The translations under genes were made by a program, and so were the position numbers. Shown here piece after piece: positions 18,647 to 29,490 of a stretch of DNA of 64,000 bases (its first letter is position 1; the number at the start of each line of letters is the position of its first letter). The notes under the pieces are model-generated. The model was not told the DNA's origin. It saw only the letters and a list, made by a program, of their open reading frames with translations, and searched no databases. The stretch is from Chloroflexota bacterium (GTDB taxonomy: Bacteria > Chloroflexota > Anaerolineae > DTLA01), in assembly GCA_014874485.1 (NCBI GenBank), contig JADBJK010000074.1, forward strand, positions 75,678-139,677. Direction: 5' to 3'.

Positions 18647-20953
18647 TTATTCGTCTCGGACGAAGTCCACTTCCACCAGCGCCCGCTCTTTCAGGCGGAA
18701 GCGCACGGCGACAAGCCCCGACGCCAACACGCGGAAGGGCCATTTGCGCCCGTCCACACGCGCCTCGCTGGCCCGCCAGGGTGCCGGAGCGGTGAACACC
18801 AACTGCCCGCGCTGCGCCCCCGCCTTCTCCAGGGCGACGCCGAGCGTCTGCCCGTTGGGGCCGTGCACGACGCGCTGGATGCCCGAAATCTCCGCCGCGC
18901 CCTGGGTTACGTGGAAGGTGGACGTCAGCAGGTCGGGCTGGTCGGCGACGGGGCGCAGGCACAGCACGATGCTCTCGTGGGGCTGGTGGCGACGGAACGA
19001 CAATTTGTCGGAGCGAACGCCCACGTAGCGCTGTCGCCAGAAGTTGTACACGTGATACTCGCCTTCGGGAAGCCCCAGTTCGCGCAGGGTTACCTCGGTC
19101 TTGGCCGTCTTGTCGCGCCAGTTTATGAGCGAAACGACCCACCAGCGCCCCCAGGGCTTGTCCACGGCGAGCACTTGGAGGCGCGGGTTCTCGCTGCGGA
19201 ACAGGTCCACCGGCCGCGCCGCCAGGCCCGAAGGCGGCAGCGCCATCCGCAAGTACTTCAGCCGCCCGGGGCGGATGGTGGGCAGGTTATCGCTGTCCAG
19301 CGTCAGGCCGCCCGACAGCGCGATGCACGTAACCAGCGTCCGCATCTCGTTGAGCACCAGGTCCGACTGGTCGCCGCGCATGCGCACCAGCACGCAGTCG
19401 CCGTCGTTGAGCCACCAGCGGCGGTGCATGAAGTAGCGGGTCGCCGTGTTTCGCAGGGCATTGGCTACCGCCGGTGCGCTCAAGTCGGCCCAGATGGGCG
19501 CCCAGTTGAAGGCGACGTCGGGGCCGATGCGCATGGCGTCCACCACGCCCACGCTGGGGAGTTGGGGCGCGCCGCAGCCTAGCAGGAACCGGTCGCCGAT
19601 GACCTCGCGGATGCGCTCAATGCCGCGCCGGTAGGCTTCGGCGCGGGTAACCGTGGGGTCGTGGCGGATGCCCTCCATCGCCGCGGCGAACACGAAATCA
19701 ATCTTGAACAGGTCGTAGCCCCACTCCTGGCTCATGACGCGGAACACGTGGGCGATCCAGTCCAGCACGTCGGGGCGGGTCAGGTCCAGCGCGTAGATGT
19801 CCACGCCCCAGTGCTGCCAGGCCACCACCGGCGAGCCGTCCTGGTGCTTGAGCGTCCAATCGGGGTGCTCCGCGTAGGTCGCCGACTCGCTGCTGACGCC
19901 GAAGGGGGCCAGCCAGATGCCCGGGCGCAGTCCTGCGGCGCGGATGCCGTCGGCCACGGCCTTCATCCCCTGGGGGAACTTGGTCGCGTCAATCCGCAGC
20001 CAGTCGCCGATGGCCTGCTGGTAGCCGTCGTCTATGAGGACGTAGTCCAGGGGCAGGTGATGCTTGCGAATCTGCGCGGCGTTGGCCAGAACGTCCTCTG
20101 CCGAGTTCTCGCCGTAGAAGTAGTACCACGTGCACCATCCGGTGGGGATGTGGGCGGGGACGCGCGGGGTCATGCGCGCCGCGACGCGGTCGGCGTAGTG
20201 CTCCAGCAGCGCCAGCGCGTCGTCCGAGAAGGCCACCAGCAGCGGCTCGGACAGGAACCGCTCGCCGGGCTGCAAGATGACCCCGTCGGCGTAGCACGTG
20301 GCCGCGAGCCGCCGAAACGCGCGCCCGTCCAGGTACAGCGCCACGTCCGCGAGGGCATGGCGGCCATCGGTGAACCCCAGCAGCGTGGAGAGTCCGCCGT
20401 CTCGGTCGTGCAGCACCGTGAACCACTCGCTTTGGAAGTCCTCGGTGCCCGAGCCTGGGTGGGGGGTGTGCTTGCGGTCGTATTCCTCGCCGCCCGGGTT
20501 GACGTAGATGCCGTCGCCGATGTGGCGGGCGAAGGTGGGCGACCAGGATTGCCACCCGTGCTTGTAGAACGACCACCGGTGCGGCCCTGCGCCCAGGTTC
20601 ACCGCGCCGTTGGCCTCCCGCCGCACGTCCAGCACGGCCAGGCGGTCCAGGTGCACGGGCGCGGGGCCGACGTTCTGCACTTCCAAGACGAGTTCCAGGT
20701 CGGCGCCCAGGTGGATGTACCACCGCAGCCGAATGTGCTCGTCGCTGCGCTCCCAGCGGATGAATTCGGGCTTCACTTCCAGCGACGCGCCCGGCCCTGC
20801 GATGGTCAGAGCGCGGCGCTCGCCACCCGCGCGGTACTCCGCGCCGGCGCTGGCCTCCTGAATCACAGGCGCGGCCTGGAACACGAAGGTTGCCGCGCCC
20901 CGTGCGCCGTGGAGAATCAATCGGTCGCGGATGTAGGTGTCGTCAGGGTTCAT
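18647..20953 (-). CDS. Alpha-galactosidase, glycoside hydrolase family 36
   Basis: GWQSWS, GWCTWY, IDDGYQ..IGDW, KFP.GM, GIWLAPF, KIDF, MRIGPD. Confidence 0.9.
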   Translation of the reverse strand: MNPDDTYIRDRLILHGARGAATFVFQAAPVIQEASAGAEYRAGGERRALTIAGPGASLEVKPEFIRWERSDEHIRLRWYIHLGADLELVLEVQNVGPAPVHLDRLAVLDVRREANGAVNLGAGPHRWSFYKHGWQSWSPTFARHIGDGIYVNPGGEEYDRKHTPHPGSGTEDFQSEWFTVLHDRDGGLSTLLGFTDGRHALADVALYLDGRAFRRLAATCYADGVILQPGERFLSEPLLVAFSDDALALLEHYADRVAARMTPRVPAHIPTGWCTWYYFYGENSAEDVLANAAQIRKHHLPLDYVLIDDGYQQAIGDWLRIDATKFPQGMKAVADGIRAAGLRPGIWLAPFGVSSESATYAEHPDWTLKHQDGSPVVAWQHWGVDIYALDLTRPDVLDWIAHVFRVMSQEWGYDLFKIDFVFAAAMEGIRHDPTVTRAEAYRRGIERIREVIGDRFLLGCGAPQLPSVGVVDAMRIGPDVAFNWAPIWADLSAPAVANALRNTATRYFMHRRWWLNDGDCVLVRMRGDQSDLVLNEMRTLVTCIALSGGLTLDSDNLPTIRPGRLKYLRMALPPSGLAARPVDLFRSENPRLQVLAVDKPWGRWWVVSLINWRDKTAKTEVTLRELGLPEGEYHVYNFWRQRYVGVRSDKLSFRRHQPHESIVLCLRPVADQPDLLTSTFHVTQGAAEISGIQRVVHGPNGQTLGVALEKAGAQRGQLVFTAPAPWRASEARVDGRKWPFRVLASGLVAVRFRLKERALVEVDFVRDE

Positions 20954-21587
20954 CTCGTCCTCCTGCGTTCTCCGGCGGGCGCGCCACGCCCCGCACCAGC
21001 GGCACGAAGACCACGCCGGCCACCTCGCGCTGTTCCAGTTCGGTGCCCCGCTTGCGGATGAACATCAGCCGCTGGGACCAACCCGATTCGCCCACGGGGA
21101 TGACCAGCCGCCCGCCGTCGGCCAACTGCTCCACGAGAGGCGGGGGTATCTCCTCCGCCGCGCACGTTACGATGATGGCGTCGTAGGGGGCGTGTTCCGG
21201 CCAGCCCTCGTACCCGTCGCCGACGCGGATGTACACGTTGTGATAGCCCAGTTCGCGCAGGCGCTGGCGGGCCTTCTCGGCCAGTTGGGGGATGCGCTCC
21301 ACGGTGTACACCTCGTGGGCCAGCAGCGAAAGGATGGCCGCCTGATACCCCGACCCCGCGCCGACTTCCAACACCTTCTCGTGGCCCTTCAGTTCCAGCA
21401 ACTGCGTCATCAGCGCGACGATGTACGGCTGGGAGATGGTCTGGCCGTAGCCGATGGGCAGCGGGTGATCGCCGTAGGCGTCTTCGGCGTACTGGGCGGG
21501 CACGAACCGCTCACGCGGCACGGCTTCCATCGCCGCCAGCACCCGCGGATCCGAGATTTCTCGCAGCACCAGTTTCCGCTTGCCCAT
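20943..21587 (-). CDS. pcm: Protein-L-isoaspartate O-methyltransferase
   Basis: VPRERFV, AYGDHPLPIGYGQTISQP, VLEVGAGSGYQAA, APYDAIIVT, FVPL. Confidence 0.95.
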   Translation of the reverse strand: MGKRKLVLREISDPRVLAAMEAVPRERFVPAQYAEDAYGDHPLPIGYGQTISQPYIVALMTQLLELKGHEKVLEVGAGSGYQAAILSLLAHEVYTVERIPQLAEKARQRLRELGYHNVYIRVGDGYEGWPEHAPYDAIIVTCAAEEIPPPLVEQLADGGRLVIPVGESGWSQRLMFIRKRGTELEQREVAGVVFVPLVRGVARPPENAGGRDEP

Positions 21588-21599
21588 GCGCCCCTCGCC

Positions 21600-22508
21600 C
21601 TAGCCGCGCCCGACCAGCCCGAGCAGCAGCGGCTCCAGACGGACGTACAGGTACGACGCCAGTTTCCTGTAGCCGCGCGCGCTCAGGTGCACGCCATCGT
21701 CCAGCCAGTCGCCCGCCTCAAGGCGGAGTTCCCCGTACACGTCCAGCAGATGCGCGCGCTCCTCACGCGCAACCGCCCGCACGCGGGCGTTGTAGGCGTC
21801 GCACGATTGCCGCAGCTCCAGGCGCGATGCGTCGCCCACATCGGGCCGGAAATCGGGCGCGAGCGGCGTGGTGGTCAGGAACACAACCTGCGCGCCCACC
21901 TTGCGCGACCGCCTGCACATCCAGCCCAGCGCCTGGGCGAAGACCGACTCGGATACGCGCGGCTCCCACCGCTTGCCTTCCCAAGCCGCGTACTGCGCCT
22001 GCCATCGCCGCCAGCGCCGCTCCGCCCCGACGAACAGCCGCGAGTGGCGCAGCACCCGGACCCACTTGGGCGCGGTGAAGGCGTCCTCCAGCCGCGCGTC
22101 GGCGTAGGACCGCGCCAGGTTGGCATCGTTCAGGCCGAAGGCGATGGCCACGACCTGCGGTCGGAAGGCCCGCACCAGCAGAGGCAACAACTGCACGCCG
22201 TGCATTGTCGTTAGCCCGTTCGCGCCCCCGTTGACGAACTCAACGGGAATATCCGGGTGGGCGGCCTTCCACATGCTGCCCAGCAGGGCGGGGTAGGCCT
22301 GGTCGGGCGCCACGTCGTGCCCGTACACGATGGAATCCCCGACGAACAGCACGCGGAGCGGGGCCGCCGCCTGGGCCGCAGCCAGGGTCTCGCGGCGCAG
22401 CGCGAAGTCCGCCAGCGTCGGCCAGGGGCGCGACAGCAGTCTTGCCGCACCTTCCATCGCCAGGAGGCCCACAATGGTCGCCCCTGCCCAGATGCACACC
22501 CGCTTCAT
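21600..22508 (-). CDS. SGNH/GDSL hydrolase with N-terminal TM
   Basis: GDSIVYG, G.ND, DGVHL blocks. Confidence 0.9.
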   Translation of the reverse strand: MKRVCIWAGATIVGLLAMEGAARLLSRPWPTLADFALRRETLAAAQAAAPLRVLFVGDSIVYGHDVAPDQAYPALLGSMWKAAHPDIPVEFVNGGANGLTTMHGVQLLPLLVRAFRPQVVAIAFGLNDANLARSYADARLEDAFTAPKWVRVLRHSRLFVGAERRWRRWQAQYAAWEGKRWEPRVSESVFAQALGWMCRRSRKVGAQVVFLTTTPLAPDFRPDVGDASRLELRQSCDAYNARVRAVAREERAHLLDVYGELRLEAGDWLDDGVHLSARGYRKLASYLYVRLEPLLLGLVGRG

Positions 22509-22548
22509 GCGCCCATTCTAGCACGTCGGCGTGCCTTGCGCAAGGTTT

Positions 22549-22559
22549 TGTGCTATAAT
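22549..22559 (+). promoter_or_regulatory. Extended -10 promoter element
   Basis: TGTGCTATAAT upstream of the Trm112 gene. Confidence 0.55.
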
Positions 22560-22571
22560 CGGGATAGAGGT

Positions 22572-22644
22572 TTCACCGCAGAGACACAGAGGGCGCAGAG
22601 AGATATCGTTGGTATCTCTGCGTGCTCTGCGCCTCTGCGGTGAA
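22572..22644. repeat. Inverted repeat with three CAGAG/CTCTG arms
   Basis: TTCACCGCAGAGACACAGAGGGCGCAGAG...CTCTGCGTGCTCTGCGCCTCTGCGGTGAA. Confidence 0.85.
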
Positions 22645-22671
22645 GAGATTAGACCCGTGGAGCGAGTGGAG

Positions 22672-22905
22672 ATGCCTGTAGATTCCGAGTTGCTGGACAT
22701 CCTCGTTTGCCCGCATTGCCGGACCAAGGTGCGGTTGTACGGCGACGCGTGGCTGATATGCCCCAACCCCGACTGCCGCCGCAAGTACCCGATTGTGGAC
22801 GACATTCCCGTCATGATGATTGAAGAGGGGGACAAATACATTGACACACCGCCCGACCAACTGGACATCACCAAAATATCGCTGGACACGGTGGGCAAGC
22901 CCTAG
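22672..22905 (+). CDS. Trm112/YcaR (UPF0434) family protein
   Basis: LLDILVCPHC...LIC..C.RKYPIVDDIPVMM. Confidence 0.9.
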   Translation: MPVDSELLDILVCPHCRTKVRLYGDAWLICPNPDCRRKYPIVDDIPVMMIEEGDKYIDTPPDQLDITKISLDTVGKP

Positions 22906-24124
22906 AGGGGCTAGCCTGGTCGCCGTCGTCCTGCTGCTGTTCGCCCTCGCGCTGGCGGCTCCCGCTCATGCGCAGGAGCCGTGGGCAGGCAGCCAGCCGA
23001 GCGCGAAGGCGGAGTTCGGCGCGGGCATCACCTTCGCCTTGCAGGCGCAGACGGCCTCGCCCGTGCAGGCGCTGTACCTGTTTTACCAACTGGAAGGTGA
23101 ACGCGCGCGCAACCGCGTCAACCTGGAAGACACCGGCACGCGCATCAACGCCGAGTGGACGTGGGAACTGGAGCCTGGGAGCATCCCCCCTGGAAGGGCC
23201 ATCACCTACTGGTGGCGGGCGGAACTGGCCGACGGGCGAACCCTGGAGACCGAGCGCGCCACGGTAACCTACGAGGACACCCGCTTCACCTGGAAGCAGC
23301 GGCAGGAGGGCAACCTCATCCTCTACTGGTACGGCGACAGCCAACGCGAGGCCGACAAGATCATGGCGGCCGCGCAGTCGGCTCTCCAGCGCCTGCAGGC
23401 CGGCACGGGCGTGGAACTCCAGAAGCCCATCCGCATCTTCCTGTACCGCAGCAAGTCGGACATGCGGCTCGCCATTCCGTCGCGCAGCGAGGGATACGAC
23501 ATCGCGACGATCACCCTGGGCATGGCGATGGGCGGGGATACGATCGTCATCCTGTCCACGGCCGCCGACGCCGACCGCACCATCGCCCACGAGTTGAGCC
23601 ACATCGTCATCGGCGCGTTCACCGAGAACCCGCTGGGCGGCCTGCCCACCTGGCTGGACGAGGGCCTGGCCATGTACGCCGAGGGAGACCTGCGCGGCGA
23701 GAATCAGGCCGACCTGGACAGGGCCATCCGCACCAACACGCTCATCTCGGTGCGCTCGCTTTCGGCCTACACGGGCGACCCGTCGCAGGTGGATTTGTTC
23801 TACGGCGAGTGCTACTCGGTCGTCAAGTTCCTGATTGACACCTACGGCGCGGACAAGATGGACGCGCTCCTGAAGACGTTCAAGCGGGGCATGTACCAAG
23901 AGGACGCCCTGCGGGAGGTGTACGGGTTCGGGATAGACGAACTGGACGCGCGCTGGCGGGAGGCCATCGGTGCGCCGCCGCAGCCGACGCCTGCCCCCAC
24001 CACGCCGCCCGTCCTGCCGACCCCGCGCCCGCAGGAGGAGCCATCATCCACGCCGATATGCTCGTCGGCGGCGCTGATTCTGGCGGCGCTGGGCGTCGTC
24101 ATCTGGCGCAGGGTTGCCGCGTAG
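22820..24124 (+). CDS. Secreted/membrane-anchored peptidase MA-like gluzincin (start uncertain)
   Basis: Signal peptide ...APAHA; HELSH and PTWLDEGLAMY; Pro-rich linker and C-terminal TM. Confidence 0.85.
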   Translation: MKRGTNTLTHRPTNWTSPKYRWTRWASPRGASLVAVVLLLFALALAAPAHAQEPWAGSQPSAKAEFGAGITFALQAQTASPVQALYLFYQLEGERARNRVNLEDTGTRINAEWTWELEPGSIPPGRAITYWWRAELADGRTLETERATVTYEDTRFTWKQRQEGNLILYWYGDSQREADKIMAAAQSALQRLQAGTGVELQKPIRIFLYRSKSDMRLAIPSRSEGYDIATITLGMAMGGDTIVILSTAADADRTIAHELSHIVIGAFTENPLGGLPTWLDEGLAMYAEGDLRGENQADLDRAIRTNTLISVRSLSAYTGDPSQVDLFYGECYSVVKFLIDTYGADKMDALLKTFKRGMYQEDALREVYGFGIDELDARWREAIGAPPQPTPAPTTPPVLPTPRPQEEPSSTPICSSAALILAALGVVIWRRVAA

Positions 24125-24168
24125 CCCGACGGCACCCGCGCACGCACGCGACTCTCCACGAGGATGCG

Positions 24169-24239
24169 ATCCACGAATCGCACGAATGACCACGAATCCT
24201 ACATCACCCTATTCGTGCAGATTCGCGTCATTCGTGGAT
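24169..24239. repeat. CACGAAT-type three-arm inverted repeat between convergent genes (possible terminator)
   Basis: ATCCACGAATCGCACGAATGACCACGAAT...ATTCGTGCAGATTCGCGTCATTCGTGGAT. Confidence 0.85.
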
Positions 24240-25199
24240 GACGTCCTGCCCTCCAGTCGCGGCTTCCTGCCGATCGGCGTCGGGCTCGCGCTTGATGATG
24301 CGGAACGTGTCAAAGTCGTTGGCTACGACGATATTGGGGAAGATGGGTGTCGCCTCGTCCAGAATCTGGCGCTCCGAGTAGCGCCGCGAGATGTGCGTCA
24401 GGATGAGCAGGCGCACATCGGCCTCCGCGGCCAGGCGCGCGGCCTGCGACGCCGTCAGGTGGCCGAACTTCCGCGCCATGTCGGCTTCCTCGTCGGTATA
24501 GGTCGCCTCAATCACCAGGGCATCGGCCTGGCGGGCCACGCTGACCAGCCCCTCGGTGCTGCCCGCATCGCCGACGAAGACCAGTTTGGCCCCGCCGACC
24601 GGCGCGCCCAGCACGTCATCGGGGGTAACCACGCGCCCGTCGGCCAGCCTCACCGTTTCGCCGCGCACCAGCCGCGCCCGCTCCGGCCCCGCGGGAACGC
24701 CCAGCGCCTCGGCCTTGTCCACCAGGAAGGGCCGCTTCTCCTTCTCGTAGAACATGAACCCGAAGCATCCCGGCCCTCGGTGCTGCACCGGGAAGGCGAT
24801 GAGCGCGAAGGAATCGTCCTCCAGGACGATGCCCGGCTCCAACGCGGTGTACACGATGTCAATCGGCGGGATGCCCTCGCCGAAGACCACGTTCATCAAG
24901 GCCCGCACGCGCTCCAGCGCCCACGGCCCACCCATGATCTCCACGCGGTCTATGGACTCCCAGCGGGCGAAGGTGGACATCAGCCCGCCCAGGCCCAGGA
25001 TGTGATCCAGATGCCCGTGGGTGATGAGGATGCGGTCCATGCGTTTGAAGCCCAGGCCGCTTTTGAGCAGTTGGCGCTGGGTGCCCTCGCCGCAGTCTAT
25101 CAGGAAGCGGTACTCCTTGTGTAGCACCATGGCCGACGACAGCCCGCGCTTGATGGACGGTGCCGATGCCGATGTTCCCAGGAAGATGAGTTCAAACAT
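24228..25199 (-). CDS. rnz: Ribonuclease Z
   Basis: FLGTS, IDCGEGTQRQ, THGHLDH, exosite GVPAGP, EATY, GHLT, THISRRY. Confidence 0.95.
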   Translation of the reverse strand: MFELIFLGTSASAPSIKRGLSSAMVLHKEYRFLIDCGEGTQRQLLKSGLGFKRMDRILITHGHLDHILGLGGLMSTFARWESIDRVEIMGGPWALERVRALMNVVFGEGIPPIDIVYTALEPGIVLEDDSFALIAFPVQHRGPGCFGFMFYEKEKRPFLVDKAEALGVPAGPERARLVRGETVRLADGRVVTPDDVLGAPVGGAKLVFVGDAGSTEGLVSVARQADALVIEATYTDEEADMARKFGHLTASQAARLAAEADVRLLILTHISRRYSERQILDEATPIFPNIVVANDFDTFRIIKREPDADRQEAATGGQDVIHE

Positions 25200-25303
25200 G
25201 TTGTCTCCGTTGTATTGTCGTGTCGCGCGGGTTCGGATCGCGAAACCCGCGAAAGGACGCGAAAACCCCGAAGCGCCCCCTCAGCCCGATGGGTTCAGCG
25301 TCG

Positions 25304-25868
25304 GGCCCACGTACGACGCACCTCCGAGGTGCGTCGCACGTGCCTTCTCACGCCATTGTGGGCGAAGCATCTCGGTTGACGAGATTCTTCGCGGCTTCGC
25401 CGCTCAGAACGACAGGCTGCCGTGGATTGCTTCGGGCGCTGCGCACCCTCGCAATGACAACTTCTGCCTGTCATTGCGAGCGAAGCAATTCGGTCGGCCC
25501 ACGTGCGACGCACCTCCGAGGTGCGTCGCACGTGCCTTCTCACGCCATTGTGGGCGAAGCATCTCGGTTGACGAGATTCTTCGCGGCTTCGCCGCTCAGA
25601 ACGACAGGCTGCCGTGGATTGCTTCGGGCGCTGCGCACCCTCGCAATGACAACTTCTGCCTGTCATTGCGAGCGAAGCAATTCGGTCGGCCCACGTGCGA
25701 CGCACCTCCGAGGTGCGTCGCACGTGCCTTCTCACGCCATTGTGTGCGAAGCATCTCGGTTGACGAGATTCTTCGCGGCTTCGCGCCTCAGTAGGGACAA
25801 TTCATGAATTATCCCTACGGGCGCTGCGCGCCCTCGCAATGACACACCATCAAGAATCCCTGTGGTAG
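25304..25868. repeat. Tandem 192-bp composite repeat (units at 25304, 25496, 25688) ending in a GTAG REP and TACCACAGG leader
   Basis: Near-identical units read directly; third unit is chimeric with GTAGGGACAATTCATGAATTATCCCTAC. Confidence 0.92.
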
Positions 25869-26971
25869 ATCGCTTGCCCCTCGCCGCGCACCCGCACCAG
25901 CGCGCCTGCTGGGTGCGGCTCAATCTCCACGCGCGGGCCCAGGAACTGCTCTATCGCCCAGGCGTTGGTTCGCAGGTGGTCGGTGGCACGCGGCGTGGTG
26001 AACGCCACATCCGCCCCGGCCAGTACCGCAGGCAGCAGCAACTGGTCGGCCAGATGCTCGTCCACGGCGGCCTTCGTCGCGTGAAACCGGATGAGTTCGC
26101 GGGCGGCCTCCTCGGCGACGCGCTCCGCGGGCTTGCGCAGCGCCCCGTAGGCGGTGAACCCGCCGATGCCGCGCTCGTACTCGGCCACGAGGAAGACCAC
26201 CGTGCCGAAGCCCATTGCTGGCGCTTCCGCCTCCTCCATTTCGGCGCGCAGGCCCGCCTTGCGGAGCATCTCCAGCGCCTGCGCCTTCTGCCGCTGGACG
26301 ATGTGCTCGGGCAGGTTGGACGCCGCGCTGATGCCCCAGACGCGGGTCAGGCGCCCCCGCCGCGTCCAGTCCAGCGAGCGTGCCGCCCCTTCGGTGGCAT
26401 CCAGCGGCTGGATGCTGGCCTGGACCACGCCGCCGCCCTTCGGGTACCAGCCCCAGCGTTGGATGGCGAGGTCGGCCCTGTAGCCGAGCGCGGCGACCGC
26501 CGGCAGGTACACATGCGCCAGGTAGTGAAACGGCGGACTCCAGGGCACGTGGGTGCCGCCCACCAGCGTCAGGTGCGACGGCGCACCGGCAAGCGCCAGG
26601 GGCAGGAAGAGCGTCTGGAAGACCAACGACACCGCGCCCGCGCTTCCCCCCGCCTCTGTGGCCCCCACGTCAAAGGTGCAATCGCCGCCTGCGGGCCAGC
26701 GTTGGGGCGCGAACAGCAAGTCCTGGGACCCGACGCGGTCGCCCTCCACCGCCGCGCCCGAGATGGCCGCAGCCGCGCGCACGGCCACCAGGTGCTGCGG
26801 GCGCAGACCCGGCTTGGGGCGGCCCGCGCGTATCCGCCGCATCCGAAAGGGTCGGCCCAGCGCCACGGCCAGCGAGAGCGCCGTGCGCAGAATCTGCCCG
26901 CCGCCCTCGCCGTAGGAGCCGTCTATCTCCAGAACATCGGCCTGCGCCCCGGCCATGGTCGCCCCGCTCAC
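25850..26971 (-). CDS. rtcA: RNA 3'-terminal phosphate cyclase
   Basis: [56 protein letters not shown]. Confidence 0.95.
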   Translation of the reverse strand: MSGATMAGAQADVLEIDGSYGEGGGQILRTALSLAVALGRPFRMRRIRAGRPKPGLRPQHLVAVRAAAAISGAAVEGDRVGSQDLLFAPQRWPAGGDCTFDVGATEAGGSAGAVSLVFQTLFLPLALAGAPSHLTLVGGTHVPWSPPFHYLAHVYLPAVAALGYRADLAIQRWGWYPKGGGVVQASIQPLDATEGAARSLDWTRRGRLTRVWGISAASNLPEHIVQRQKAQALEMLRKAGLRAEMEEAEAPAMGFGTVVFLVAEYERGIGGFTAYGALRKPAERVAEEAARELIRFHATKAAVDEHLADQLLLPAVLAGADVAFTTPRATDHLRTNAWAIEQFLGPRVEIEPHPAGALVRVRGEGQAIYHRDS

Positions 26972-29445
26972 GGACTCGCGGCGACGGAATTGGACGGGAG
27001 TTCCACGCTCTCCTTGCGGTAGAAGCGGATGCCCGTATCGCCCGCGTCCACGATGATGACGTCGCCCTCTCGGAACTCGCCGCTCAACAGGCGCAGCGCC
27101 AGGGCGTTCTCCACGTGCTTCTGGAGCGCCCGGCGCAGGGGCCGCGCCCCGAAATTGGGGTCATACCCCTCCCGCGCAAGCCAATCGCGGGCGGCCTCGG
27201 TCAGTTCCACCTCTACGCCCTGCTCGCGCAGCCGCGCGCGAATCTCCTTCATCTGCAAGTCCACGATTTGCTTGACCTGGTCCAGCGTCAGCGTGTGGAA
27301 GATGATGATCTCGTCCACGCGGTTCAGGAACTCGGGTCGGAAGGTCTCCCGCAGGCCGCGCTCAATGGCCTCGTGGGCGGCGCGCTCTTCGGAATCGCGC
27401 GTGTCGGCAGCCCGGAAGCCCAGGGTGCCCCCCTTGCGCGTGTACTGCGTCCCGATGTTGGAGGTCATGATGACCACCGTGTTGCGGAAGTCCACCGTGT
27501 GGCCCTGGCCATCGGTCAGGCGACCGTCTTCCAGAATCTGGAGCAGCGCATTCCAGACTTCGGGGTGGGCCTTCTCAATCTCGTCAAAGAGCACCACCTG
27601 GTAGGGCCTGCGGCGGACGGCCTCGGTCAGTTGGCCGCCTTCTTCGTAGCCCACGTATCCCGGCGGCGCGCCGATGAGGCGGGAGACCGTGTGCCGCTCG
27701 CGGTACTCGCTCATGTCCACGCGCACCAGGGCGTCCTCGTCGTCAAACAGGAACCAGGCCAGCGCCTTGGCCAGTTCGGTCTTGCCGACGCCCGACGACC
27801 CCAGGAAGATGAACGAGCCGATGGGGCGGCGTGGGTCCTTCAGCCCGGACCGTGCCCGGCGGATGGCGTTGGACACGGCGCGGATGGCCTCGTCCTGGCC
27901 CACGATCCGCTCGTGGAGCCGCTCCTCCATGTGGAGAAGGCGCTCGGCCTCGGTCTCCAGGAGCGCTGTAACGGGAATGCCGGTCCATGTGGCGACCACC
28001 TCGGCGATATCCTGCACGTCCACCACTTCGTCAATGTTCTTCTCCCGCTGCCAGGCTTCGCGGGCGGCGTTGAACTCCTGCTCCAGGCGCAGGCGTTCGG
28101 CGCGGTGGATCGCGGCCTTCTCGTAGTCGCGCTGCTGCCAGGCGGCCTCTTCCTCCGCCGCCAGTTTGTGGATGGCGGCGCGCTTCTCCTTCAGTTCGGG
28201 CGGCATGCTGTGGATGGCCATCCGCAACTTGGAGGCGGCCTCGTCTATCAGGTCAATGGCCTTGTCGGGCAGGTGGCGCTCGGTTACGTAGCGTTTGGAC
28301 AGGCGAGCGGCGGCCACCAGCGCCTCGTCCGAGAAGCGCACCTTGTGGTGCGCCTCGTAGCGGTCGCGCACGCCGCGCAGCATCTGGATGGTCTCCTCCA
28401 CCGACGGCTCGTCCACGTACACGGGGGCGAAGCGGCGCTCCAGGGCGGCGTCCTTCTCAATGTAGCGGCGGTATTCGTCCAGGGTGGTGGCGCCCACGCA
28501 CTGGAGTTCGCCCCTGGCCAGGGCTGGCTTCAGCATGTTGGAGGCATCCATGGCGCCCATGGCCGCGCCCGCGCCGACCACGGTGTGGAGTTCGTCAATG
28601 AAGAGGATGATCTCGCCCTGGGCGCGCTGGATTTCCTCAATGGCGGTCTTCAGGCGCTCCTCAAATTCGCCGCGGAACCGCGTGCCCGCCACCATCGCGC
28701 CCAGGTCCAGGGCCAGCACGCGCTTGCCCATCAGGACCTCGGGCACGTCCTCCTGCACGATCTTCTGCGCCAGACCCTCCACGATGGCCGTCTTGCCCAC
28801 GCCCGCCTCGCCGATGAGGACCGGGTTGTTCTTGGTGCGGCGCGACAGAATCTGCATCACGCGCATGATCTCTTTGTCCCGGCCGATGACCGGGTCCAGT
28901 TTCCCCTCGCGCGCCAGTTGGGTCAGGTCGCGGGTGTATCGCTCCAGGGTTCGGTAGCGGCTCTCGGCCTGGGGCGAGGTAACCCTCTGCCCGCCCCGCA
29001 CCTGCTCAATGGCCTCCATCACCCGATCCCGTGTAACGCCCATTTCCTCCAGCAGGCGCGATGCGGGCGACCCGCGCTCGGCGATGAGGGCGAGGAACAG
29101 GTGCTCGGTGGAGATGTAGTCATCCTTGAGACGGTTCGCTTCCTCGTTGGCCGTGTCCACCACGTGCTTGAGGCGCGGCGTGATGAACATCTGGCCCGGC
29201 ATCGTGCTGCCGAAGGAGGGCGTTCTGGGCGCAGCGCGCAACGTGGCCTCCAGGCGCTGCTTCAGCGTCTCGGTGTCCACGCCCAGTTTGTCCAAAATCT
29301 GGGGAATCACGCCCCCCGGCTGTTCTATCAGCGCCAGGAGCAGGTGCTCGGTATCCACCTGCGTGTGGTTGTAGCGCTGCAAAATCTCGTAGGCGCGCAT
29401 GGCTGCATCCTGTGCGCGCTCCGTGAAACGGTCAAATCGCATCAT
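26968..29445 (-). CDS. clpC: ATP-dependent Clp protease ATP-binding subunit, ClpC-like
   Basis: Clp-N repeats, two Walker A motifs ([16 protein letters not shown]), short middle domain, LGF ClpP-docking loop. Confidence 0.88.
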   Translation of the reverse strand: MMRFDRFTERAQDAAMRAYEILQRYNHTQVDTEHLLLALIEQPGGVIPQILDKLGVDTETLKQRLEATLRAAPRTPSFGSTMPGQMFITPRLKHVVDTANEEANRLKDDYISTEHLFLALIAERGSPASRLLEEMGVTRDRVMEAIEQVRGGQRVTSPQAESRYRTLERYTRDLTQLAREGKLDPVIGRDKEIMRVMQILSRRTKNNPVLIGEAGVGKTAIVEGLAQKIVQEDVPEVLMGKRVLALDLGAMVAGTRFRGEFEERLKTAIEEIQRAQGEIILFIDELHTVVGAGAAMGAMDASNMLKPALARGELQCVGATTLDEYRRYIEKDAALERRFAPVYVDEPSVEETIQMLRGVRDRYEAHHKVRFSDEALVAAARLSKRYVTERHLPDKAIDLIDEAASKLRMAIHSMPPELKEKRAAIHKLAAEEEAAWQQRDYEKAAIHRAERLRLEQEFNAAREAWQREKNIDEVVDVQDIAEVVATWTGIPVTALLETEAERLLHMEERLHERIVGQDEAIRAVSNAIRRARSGLKDPRRPIGSFIFLGSSGVGKTELAKALAWFLFDDEDALVRVDMSEYRERHTVSRLIGAPPGYVGYEEGGQLTEAVRRRPYQVVLFDEIEKAHPEVWNALLQILEDGRLTDGQGHTVDFRNTVVIMTSNIGTQYTRKGGTLGFRAADTRDSEERAAHEAIERGLRETFRPEFLNRVDEIIIFHTLTLDQVKQIVDLQMKEIRARLREQGVEVELTEAARDWLAREGYDPNFGARPLRRALQKHVENALALRLLSGEFREGDVIIVDAGDTGIRFYRKESVELPSNSVAASP

Positions 29446-29490
29446 AGAGTTTCCCCTCGCCGGCATGCACCGGCTCTGTGATTCAGGCCA